DNA from: an uncultured Gemmatimonadales bacterium | GTDB lineage: Bacteria > Gemmatimonadota > Gemmatimonadetes > Longimicrobiales > RSA9 | Direction of reading: 5' to 3' | NCBI GenBank assembly: GCA_963741945.1 | Contig: CAVUKA010000001.1 | Location: forward strand, 898,560 to 962,559 | Length of the DNA stretch: 64,000 nt | In this document: piece after piece, positions 28,101-35,191 of the stretch | Layout of the letters: the number at the start of each line of letters is the position of its first letter | How positions within the stretch are numbered: the first letter of the stretch is position 1 | Program-made: the position numbers and the translations under genes | The notes under the pieces: generated by a model | The model's database searches: none | What the model saw: the letters and a program-made list of their open reading frames with translations, nothing else | What the model was told of the DNA's origin: nothing

Positions 28101-31100
28101 GACCGGCGCGTTCTCGCTGACCACCTCCGACGGTCGCTTCCCGAGTACATGATTCCGACGGCCTTCGTGCGACTCACGGAGCTCCCCCTCCTGCCCAATG
28201 GCAAGGTCGACCGGAAGGCACTTCCGGAACCTGATCCGGTTGGGGAAGCCGCGTTCGAGCCACCCCGGGGCCCCCGCGAGAGCGCGCTGTGCGAGATCTG
28301 GGAGAACGTGCTCGGTGTGCAGCCGATCGGACGGAACGTGGACTTTTTCGATGTCGGCGGCCACTCGCTGTCTGCCATGCTGGTCGTCGGCCGCGCGGAG
28401 GCGGCGCTCGGGATGGAGGTGCCGCTCCGGGCGATCTTTGAGCACCGCACCGTAGCGCGCCTGGCGGCCTTCCTGGAACGTGCAGAACGGGAACGGGGAG
28501 CTCTGTTCCCGCCGATCGAGACCGGGACCGATGTACCCGCCCCGCTCTCCTTTGCGCAGCGACGTCTGTGGTTTCTCGATCGGCTGGCACCGGGAAGACC
28601 AACGTACAACATCCCACTCGCGTTCCAGCTCCGCGGCCACCTTGATCCCTCAGCACTGCGCAGCGCCTTGCGACGGATCGTGGAGCGGCACGAGCCGCTG
28701 CGCTCATGGATCCGCGAGGGCGTCAGCGGACCCGTCCAGGTCGTCGCGCCTGCCGACCTGTTCGAGCTCGCCGTCGAAGAGGTCCCGGGGGGTCCTGAAG
28801 ACTCCCAACCCCGGGTGCTGCGCCGCCTGGAGGAGGAGGCGCACCGTGCGTTTCAGCTCTCGGACGAAATCCCGTTTCGCGCTCATCTCTTCCGGCTGGG
28901 CGCGCGCGAGCACGTGCTCTTCCTCTGCCTTCATCACACCGCTGCGGACGGCTGGTCCGTCGACATCCTCTTCGCGGAGCTTGAAGCGCTCTACGGCGCC
29001 GCCCTCGCCCGTGCGGAGCCGGACCTGCGGGCGCTCCCGGTCTCCTATTCCGACTACGCGAAATGGCAGCATCGGCACGAGGGTCTCCTGCAACCGGGCC
29101 TCGAGCGTTGGGTGAAGCGACTTCAGGGTGCGCGTGCGCTGGAGCTGCCCGTCGACCGCCCGCACACAGGAGTGCAGAGCGGCGCGGGCGGGGAGAGTCG
29201 AGCGCGGCTGGACGGCCACGTTCTGGAAGAACTGCGCGATCTCGCGCGAAGTGAGCAGACCACTCTCCACGTGGCACTATTGACTGCGTTCCACGTCATG
29301 CTTTCCCGGCTCAGCGGCCAGGATGACATCGTAGTCGGCACGCCCGTGGCGGGCCGCGTTCGGCCGGAGCTCGAGCCGCTCGTCGGCATGTTCGCCAACA
29401 CGGTCCCCATTCGCGTGGACCTCTCCGGCGAGCCGTCGTTCCTCGAAGCCTTGCGCCGTGTCCGCGCCGTGACCCTGGCGGTCTACGGTGATGAGGCAGT
29501 GCCGCTCGAAGCCATGGTGGAGGCCAGTGGGGTCGAGCGCGACGGCAGCGCCAATCCTCTGATCCAGGTGGCATTCGCGCTGGCAGCGGACGGTCGACGA
29601 GCGCCCCGGCTGCACGGTCTCGAGGTGGAGGACCTGGAGCTGCAGACGGCTACCGCGAAGTTCGACCTGTACCTCGCGGCCAATCCCAATGCCGATGGTC
29701 TTGCGCTGCGTCTCGAGTACGATGCGGACCTCTTCCAGGGCCGCACCGCCGCGCACCTCCTCGAGCTCTTCAAAACGCTGGTGTCCGCGGCTGTCGCGGA
29801 TCCCGAACGCCCCTTGGCGGATATCGACCTCTCCGACGACGAGGAGCGCCAATGGGCCGTCGACTGGAACCGGACCGAGCGGCCGTTCCCCGGCGACACG
29901 GTGCACGAGCTGTTCACCACGGTGGCCGCACGTACACCCGACGCTGTGGCCGTGGAGGACCCACACGAGCGACTTACATACGCAGACCTGGATGGCCGAA
30001 GCGCAGCGCTGGCCGGGCAGCTGGTGTCGCTGGGGGTGGAGGCGGGCGAGCGGGTCGGCGTGTTCATGGAACCGGGCGCGCCGCTGGTGGTTTCCATGCT
30101 GGGCATTCTTCGGGCGGGCGCCTGCTACGTTCCGCTCGACCCCGCACTCCCTGGCCAGAGACTGGCGCTCCTGATCGAGGACGCGGGCATCCGGCACGTA
30201 GTGGCGTCCGGCCGGGTTCCCCCCGGCCTCCGGGCGACGGGCGTCGAGATCGTGGAGGCCCGCGACGGTCGCGACCAGCGCCTCCGCGACGTGGCCCGGC
30301 CCGCTTCTGTCGCCGCAACCGCGAATGACCTCGCCTACGTCCTCTACACCTCCGGCAGCACGGGCCGGCCCAAGGGCGTGGCCGTACCGCATCGGGCAAT
30401 CGTCCGATTGGTTCGGAACTCCGACTATGTCGACCTCCGGACCGATGACGTGGTGGCGCAGGTCTCCACCCCCAGCTTCGATGCCGCCACATTCGAGATC
30501 TGGGGAGCGCTGCTGAACGGCGCCCGGCTGACCATCCCGGACAGCCGCCTGCTCTCGCCCCGGGAGCTCGAGGGGTTCCTTCGCGACCGAGGAGTGACAA
30601 CGCTGTTTCTGACCACGGCGCTCTTCAACCAGGTGAGCCGGGAGCGCCCCGCTGCATTCGGATCTCTGCGCCAGCTCCTCTTCGGTGGGGAGACCGCCGA
30701 CGCGGAGGCCGCCCGGCGCGTCCTGGATGGCGGCGCCCCGCCGAAGCGCCTGCTGCACGTCTACGGGCCTACCGAAAACACGACATTTTCAACTTGGTAC
30801 GCCGTCCAGCACGTACCGCCCGGTGCCGCCACACTGCCGATCGGGCGCCCGATCGCCAATTCCACCGCGTGGGTCATGGACGCGCGAGGAAAGCTGCAGC
30901 CACGGGGACTCTGGGGCGACCTGTACGTGGGCGGCGTGGGCGTGGCCGCCGGCTATCTCGGGGCGGCCGCGGCTGAGGCCGACCGTTTCGTTCCGGACCC
31001 GTTCGCAAATGCGCCCGACCGCCGGCTTTACCGGACCGGAGACCGCGCGCGCTGGAACCTGGATGGCGAACTCGAGTTTGGCGGTCGACTCGACACCCAG

Positions 31101-32579
31101 GTGAAGCTCCGCGGGTTCCGCATCGAGCTGGCCGAGGTCGAGGCCGCCCTTCGCCGCTCCGCGGGTGTGCGGGATGCCGTCGTCGCGCTCCGGGGCGAGG
31201 GGGCAGGGCGCCACCTCGTCGCCTATGTCGTGACCGGTGAGGACGCCGTGGACCGCTCGACGCTGCAGGACCAGCTCCGCGAGCAGATTCCGGCCTACAT
31301 GGTTCCGACGGCCGTGGTCGCCCTCGATGCGCTCCCCCTCACGCCCAGCGGGAAAGTCGATCGGCAGGCGCTCCCGGAGCCGGACCCGGTCAGGGTCGGC
31401 GGAGCTCGTCCACCTGGAGATCCTCTCGAGCGCCAGATCGCCGCCATATGGGCGTCTCTCCTCGGTGTCGAGGCCGTGAGCGCTCGGGACAGCTTCTTCG
31501 ACCTGGGGGGGAATTCGCTCCTCGCCCTGGAGATGGTTCGCCGCGTGGAGAGTACCACTGGCCGGCGCCTCGAGCTTCGGGCGCTATTCGAGGAGCCCAC
31601 TGTGGCTCATCTCGCCCGCGTGGTCGCCCGCGAGGCGACCTCCACCACCTCCTCCGTCGTCCAGGTGCGAGAAGGGGATCCTGGCGTCCCCCCCTTCATC
31701 TTCTTTCATGGTGACTTCAACGGTGCGGGGCTTTACACTCGCAGATTGTTGGCCGAGATCGATGAGAGTCAGCCGGTCTATATCGTCCACCCACACCAAC
31801 CGGGCGGGCCGGAGACGATCGAAGCCATGGCCCAGGACCTCTACCCCGCCGTGCGCCGTGTACGCCAACATGGCCCCTTCCGCCTGGGCGGCCACTGCAA
31901 CGGGGGCGTCGTGGCGTTCGAAATGGCCCAGCGACTCGTCGCGGCAGGCGAGACCGTGGACCTGCTGGTCCTGGTGGACGTGCCAGGTCGCAACATCGGC
32001 CTGGCGCGCTACGCCGCCTTCCTCGACCAGGTCGGTCATGCGGCCCGCCTCACCTCCGAACGCCGCCGCGCCCTCTTCCGGGCGACGCGTGGATCGGCTC
32101 AGCGGCTGGTGCATGGCTGGATGAGCGCGGGAGAAGGGGGAGGTTCGTATCTCGCCGCCCCGCGGCGAACTGTCTTTCTCAGCTCCTGGCTGGTCGGTGA
32201 AGCCCGCCGTGTCGCGACCCGTCTCTTCCACGCGGTCCGCCGATGGACGGGCGGCGCAGACGCGTCCCGGCCTCGCCACCCGTACGTGGAGCGACTCGAA
32301 CGAGCAGCCTACTTCGGTTTGGCCATGGAAGCCTACGTCCCCAAGCGCTTTGCTGGCCCGGTCGTCATCGTTGCGCCCGAGCAGGAGAGTACGGACTCCG
32401 TGTCCGTTTCCGCACCGGCTCGGCTCTGGGCCCGGGTTGCCGATCACGCCGAGGTGTTCCGGATCGACGGCGATCACCTGAGTGTGATCGCGGAGGACAG
32501 TCAGCCCTTCGGTCGTCTTCTCGCCCGTCTGCTGCGCCAGGCAGGGCGCCCGCTCCGGGGCGCCAACCCTCGTGAGTGA
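25152..32579 (+). CDS. non-ribosomal peptide synthetase, two modules: C-A-T-C-A-T-TE
   Basis: C1 HHIAFDGWS (nt 25746). A1 LAYMIYTSGSTGTPKGV. T1 GGHSLSA (Ser 28365-28367). C2 HHTAADGWS (28932). A2 LAYVLYTSGSTGRPKGV. T2 GGNSLLA (Ser 31515-31517). TE elbow GGHCNGG (Cys 31896-31898) with GDHLSV. No E domain motifs seen. TGATG overlap with the upstream gene. Confidence 0.95.
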   Translation: MPMATPPPESLSHLSPAARDLLARRSRADESSSAGSEPLRHRPGATEAPLSFGQQQVWFFEQLEPGSAVYHLPKEVRLRGPLDVPALERALGEVVRRHEILRTRYGTLADGAIRQLVLPAAGRVELPCVDVTASATQTDEPSDGTLAQPEALARGEGSPWRRQVGLDALRPFDLAAGEVLRAKLYRFGSEDHLLHLVFHHIAFDGWSMGVFLRDLASAYGGALRGDATLPPLPIQYGDHAAWEVSRLESGRFDDVIDYWRRRLRGAPPESTFPASRPRQVDRTYAAAQEHRRLPDHLKSALHDMARRQNATESAVLLAAFQVLLARHSGARDVVVGVPVAGRTRSEQEDLVGYFVNMLPARLDLADDPSFRQVVDRVRTGLLEGFDHQTVPFDRIISDLRVHRDAGITPLFQVAFNDRILPNQGAEFEGLDVEMRAGFHARHLLDLSLEVGHVAGTIECDLTYSLELFDPGYARTLLPQLETVLQAMIADPDAAITAAPLLRPAERSRIIEAGRGPRRPVPPSTLIHELVQEQAARDPEASAIIGDEETLTYGEMRRRAASLAARLRNAGIAPETRVGVFVDRSPGQIVALLGVLEAGGAYVPLDPSYPRERLAFIAHDSGMEAIVTTRRLRSRVPLDSIPALCLDDPSTPDGSDAAPASVIRNVPSDPLAYMIYTSGSTGTPKGVEVTHASVANLAAAERDLLRVAPADRVLQFSTINFDVSVAEIFTSLTAGAAVVVCTPSMLTSVPQFVRACEAKGVTLLSMSTALWHELVVSLAEGDVEMPPAVRTVMIGGEAARPDRLELWRRHGSGIPLINGYGPTETTVFATAQDLTHPVAGEDAVVPIGRPLHNVDVHVLDERMAVVPAGVPGELYIGGLCVGRGYHDRPELTAERFLPDPFSARPGGRLYRTGDIVRRREDGALDFLGRRDNQVKIRGFRIEAGEIEVAMAAHPSVRTAVVVPRPDGVGDLRLVAYVVPASGVFDRRVLADHLRRSLPEYMIPTAFVRLTELPLLPNGKVDRKALPEPDPVGEAAFEPPRGPRESALCEIWENVLGVQPIGRNVDFFDVGGHSLSAMLVVGRAEAALGMEVPLRAIFEHRTVARLAAFLERAERERGALFPPIETGTDVPAPLSFAQRRLWFLDRLAPGRPTYNIPLAFQLRGHLDPSALRSALRRIVERHEPLRSWIREGVSGPVQVVAPADLFELAVEEVPGGPEDSQPRVLRRLEEEAHRAFQLSDEIPFRAHLFRLGAREHVLFLCLHHTAADGWSVDILFAELEALYGAALARAEPDLRALPVSYSDYAKWQHRHEGLLQPGLERWVKRLQGARALELPVDRPHTGVQSGAGGESRARLDGHVLEELRDLARSEQTTLHVALLTAFHVMLSRLSGQDDIVVGTPVAGRVRPELEPLVGMFANTVPIRVDLSGEPSFLEALRRVRAVTLAVYGDEAVPLEAMVEASGVERDGSANPLIQVAFALAADGRRAPRLHGLEVEDLELQTATAKFDLYLAANPNADGLALRLEYDADLFQGRTAAHLLELFKTLVSAAVADPERPLADIDLSDDEERQWAVDWNRTERPFPGDTVHELFTTVAARTPDAVAVEDPHERLTYADLDGRSAALAGQLVSLGVEAGERVGVFMEPGAPLVVSMLGILRAGACYVPLDPALPGQRLALLIEDAGIRHVVASGRVPPGLRATGVEIVEARDGRDQRLRDVARPASVAATANDLAYVLYTSGSTGRPKGVAVPHRAIVRLVRNSDYVDLRTDDVVAQVSTPSFDAATFEIWGALLNGARLTIPDSRLLSPRELEGFLRDRGVTTLFLTTALFNQVSRERPAAFGSLRQLLFGGETADAEAARRVLDGGAPPKRLLHVYGPTENTTFSTWYAVQHVPPGAATLPIGRPIANSTAWVMDARGKLQPRGLWGDLYVGGVGVAAGYLGAAAAEADRFVPDPFANAPDRRLYRTGDRARWNLDGELEFGGRLDTQVKLRGFRIELAEVEAALRRSAGVRDAVVALRGEGAGRHLVAYVVTGEDAVDRSTLQDQLREQIPAYMVPTAVVALDALPLTPSGKVDRQALPEPDPVRVGGARPPGDPLERQIAAIWASLLGVEAVSARDSFFDLGGNSLLALEMVRRVESTTGRRLELRALFEEPTVAHLARVVAREATSTTSSVVQVREGDPGVPPFIFFHGDFNGAGLYTRRLLAEIDESQPVYIVHPHQPGGPETIEAMAQDLYPAVRRVRQHGPFRLGGHCNGGVVAFEMAQRLVAAGETVDLLVLVDVPGRNIGLARYAAFLDQVGHAARLTSERRRALFRATRGSAQRLVHGWMSAGEGGGSYLAAPRRTVFLSSWLVGEARRVATRLFHAVRRWTGGADASRPRHPYVERLERAAYFGLAMEAYVPKRFAGPVVIVAPEQESTDSVSVSAPARLWARVADHAEVFRIDGDHLSVIAEDSQPFGRLLARLLRQAGRPLRGANPRE

Positions 32580-33321
32580 GATCGCGCGTTCTGGTGAGCC
32601 GCCCCCGCTACAACCCGACGAGGTTCATGTCTGGCGCGCTGTTCTCGGGCTCGATCCAGCGGTCGAGCCAATGCTGGACCGTTTCCTTTCACATGCCGAG
32701 CACAGGCGCGCGACGCTGTTCCACCGGACAGCCGATGCCCGGCTCTTCCGCTTCGCGCATGGTTTCCTGCGACTGATTCTCGCCCGCTACACCGGCACCC
32801 TCGATCCAGGCGCGATCTCGCTGGCGAACGATGCTCGGGGAAAGCCGCGGCTTGCCCGCGCCAGCGGCTGCCGTCCTGTCGAATTCAATCTCTCGCATTC
32901 CGGGGATGCGGTCCTTGTCGCTTTGACCCGAACTCGGCACGTCGGTGTCGACGTCGAGACCCTGGATCGCGCGCCCGATGCCGAGGCCATCGCCCGTCGC
33001 TTCTTCGCTGCGCCGGAGCTGGCCCGCATTCTCGCCAGCCCGCCGGCGCAGCGTGCCGGGTTATTCCTGCGACACTGGGTCATGAAGGAAGCGTTCGTGA
33101 AAGGGTTGGGGCTCGGTCTCGGCGCCATCGACCTCAAGGCGTTCGCCATGGACCCCGACGCCACGAATGGACGCATCCATCCGCTCACGCGCGAGATGCA
33201 CCGGCACTCGAAGACCTGGGCAGTGGCCGAGGTCGCGGCCCCTGAGGGCCACGTCGCCGCCGTTGCCGTCAACACCCCCGTGCTCCGCTGGAAGGGCTTC
33301 GCCTGGCAAGGCCCGATCTGA
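32572..33321 (+). CDS. Sfp-type 4'-phosphopantetheinyl transferase
   Basis: FNLSHSGDAVLVAL, VGVDVE and WVMKEAFVKGLG motifs. GTG start overlaps the NRPS stop (32572-32579). Confidence 0.85.
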   Translation: MSEIARSGEPPPLQPDEVHVWRAVLGLDPAVEPMLDRFLSHAEHRRATLFHRTADARLFRFAHGFLRLILARYTGTLDPGAISLANDARGKPRLARASGCRPVEFNLSHSGDAVLVALTRTRHVGVDVETLDRAPDAEAIARRFFAAPELARILASPPAQRAGLFLRHWVMKEAFVKGLGLGLGAIDLKAFAMDPDATNGRIHPLTREMHRHSKTWAVAEVAAPEGHVAAVAVNTPVLRWKGFAWQGPI

Positions 33322-33358
33322 TCTGCCTTGCAACTTCGATCGCTTCGCCTCTTCGAGC

Positions 33359-33408
33359 CCTTCGTGTCACGCTGTTCGGGGAGCTGTTCCTTCGTGTCAC
33401 GCTGTTCG
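33359..33408. repeat. perfect 20-bp direct repeat with exact 30-bp period, upstream of the haem-motif sensor kinase gene
   Basis: CCTTCGTGTCACGCTGTTCG at 33359-33378 and again at 33389-33408. Additional CTTCG and GCTGTTC submotifs lie nearby. Confidence 0.85.
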
Positions 33409-33556
33409 CCGAGCCGTACGGGACCGCGCGGACGTTCGTCGCCCGCGCGGGGCGTTCCCCCACGTCGCTGCGGGTGATTTTCCTCCTTGACATGATGTTC
33501 CCTACAAATGAACCTCCAGTCGGGAAGCCCCTGCTGACCTCTGTCGTTGGAGGTTC

Positions 33557-35191
33557 GTGAGTTTCAAGAATCTGGGCACGCGGATCGCCCTGACCGCGGG
33601 TTTTTTCACGCTCGTCAGCGTGGGGCTCCTTTCGTTCATCCTGGTCCAGCGTCAGCGGGAGCAGGTGCGGGCGGAGGTCGTGCATGGCTCGGAGAGCCTG
33701 GCGGACGCCATCGCGCTGAGTGTGCACCGGGACATGCAGCTGAACCACCGCGGGGGCGTCCGCGAGATGCTCGAGACGGTAGGCCAGCACGAAGGCATCG
33801 CCGGCATTCGCCTGTACAACCGTGAAGGCCGCATCTCCTACTCTTCCGACCCGGCCGAAGTCGGGCGGGTGGTGCCCCGGAGCTCCGAAGCCTGCGTGAC
33901 GTGCCATGCCAACGGGCAGGCGACGGCAACCGTGGAGCCGGACCGCCGCTGGCGCATCTTCACGGGGCAGGATGGGGAGCGCCTGCTCGGGACGATCCAC
34001 GTGATCCGCAACGAGCCCGGGTGTCAGGGAGCCGGGTGCCACGCGTCGCCGGCACAGCAGAGCGTGCTCGGAGTCCTGGATGTGGCCATGTCCATGGCGC
34101 CCGTGGAGCGCCGCCTGGCCTCCGACACCCGCGACGCGCTCCTGATCTCCCTCCTCGCCGTCGCGGTGATCACGCTCCTCCTCGTGCTCCTGGTGCGCCG
34201 GAGCGTGCGTCGCCCGATCCAGCGGATGGTGAGCGCCACGCGGCGGATGGTGGAGGAGACGGGGTCGCTCCCCGTGCCCCGCGGGACGGCACCGGAGATC
34301 GCGATCCTGGCCGAGTCCTTCAACGAGATGATCGAGAGCCTGGCGAGCTCGAAGCAGCGCCTCGAGGACTGGGCGGAAACGCTCGAGGAGCGCGTCTCCT
34401 CGAAAGCGCAGGAGCTCCGGGAAGCCCAGTTCGAGGTGCTCCAGGCGGAGAAGCTCTCCTCCGTCGGCCTGGTAGCGGCCGGGATCGCCCACGAGCTGAA
34501 CAGCCCGCTCATGGCCATCATCACCTTCTCGCACCTGGTCAAGTCGGCCGTGCCCGATGACGAGGGCGCGCAGGAGGACCTCCGCATGATCGAGCGGGAG
34601 GCGAACCGCTGCGCGGCCATCATCCGGCAGCTCCTCGACTACTCGCGTAAGCAGGCGGAAGACCCGGAGACCCACCCCCAATCCGTGGCCCCGGTGCTCG
34701 AGCGGGCGCTCGAGCTGGTGAAGGTGGAGCTTCAGAATGGCGGCTTCCGGGTGACGACCGAGCTGTCGCCCGACCTCCCCTCCGTCGAGGTGAACGATCA
34801 GCAGCTCATGCAGGTGTTCGTCAACCTCATCATGAACGCGCTCCACGCCATGGGCGACGACGGTGGCGAGATCCTGTTCCGGGGCGACACCGTGCGGCGC
34901 GACGATTTCCCGAACGTGGACTGGCCGCTCCACGGTGGCACCGAAGCCGTCCGCATTCGCGTCCGGGACACCGGGCCCGGGATCGCGCGGGAGAAGTTCT
35001 CGAAGATCTTCGATCCGTTCTACACGACCAAGCCGGTGGGCCAGGGCTCCGGCCTCGGACTCGCCGTATCCCTCGGGATCGTACGCGGCTATCGGGGTAC
35101 GATCATGGTGGACAGCGATGGCGAGTCGTGGACGGAGTTCACGATCCTCTTGCCGACGGCGGAGAACCCTGCAATGGCCTTGACCTCATGA
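33557..35191 (+). CDS. sensor histidine kinase with extracytoplasmic domain carrying c-type haem-binding motifs
   Basis: GTG start with GGAGG upstream. TM1 (FFTLVSVGLLSFILV), sensor region with CVTCH (33893-33907) and CQGAGCH (34022-34042), then TM2 (LLISLLAVAVITLLLVLLV). HAMP-like linker, H-box AHELNSPLMAI, NLIMNALHAM, VRDTGPGI, GSGLGL. Confidence 0.85.
   Translation: MSFKNLGTRIALTAGFFTLVSVGLLSFILVQRQREQVRAEVVHGSESLADAIALSVHRDMQLNHRGGVREMLETVGQHEGIAGIRLYNREGRISYSSDPAEVGRVVPRSSEACVTCHANGQATATVEPDRRWRIFTGQDGERLLGTIHVIRNEPGCQGAGCHASPAQQSVLGVLDVAMSMAPVERRLASDTRDALLISLLAVAVITLLLVLLVRRSVRRPIQRMVSATRRMVEETGSLPVPRGTAPEIAILAESFNEMIESLASSKQRLEDWAETLEERVSSKAQELREAQFEVLQAEKLSSVGLVAAGIAHELNSPLMAIITFSHLVKSAVPDDEGAQEDLRMIEREANRCAAIIRQLLDYSRKQAEDPETHPQSVAPVLERALELVKVELQNGGFRVTTELSPDLPSVEVNDQQLMQVFVNLIMNALHAMGDDGGEILFRGDTVRRDDFPNVDWPLHGGTEAVRIRVRDTGPGIAREKFSKIFDPFYTTKPVGQGSGLGLAVSLGIVRGYRGTIMVDSDGESWTEFTILLPTAENPAMALTS

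Noticed and set aside
33487-33515. TTGACA hexamer (33487-33492) as a sigma-70 -35 box for the kinase gene
   Set aside because: The only -10-like sequence (TACAAAT at 33503) is 10 nt away, which is far from the 17-nt optimum. Promoter consensus for this lineage is unknown.
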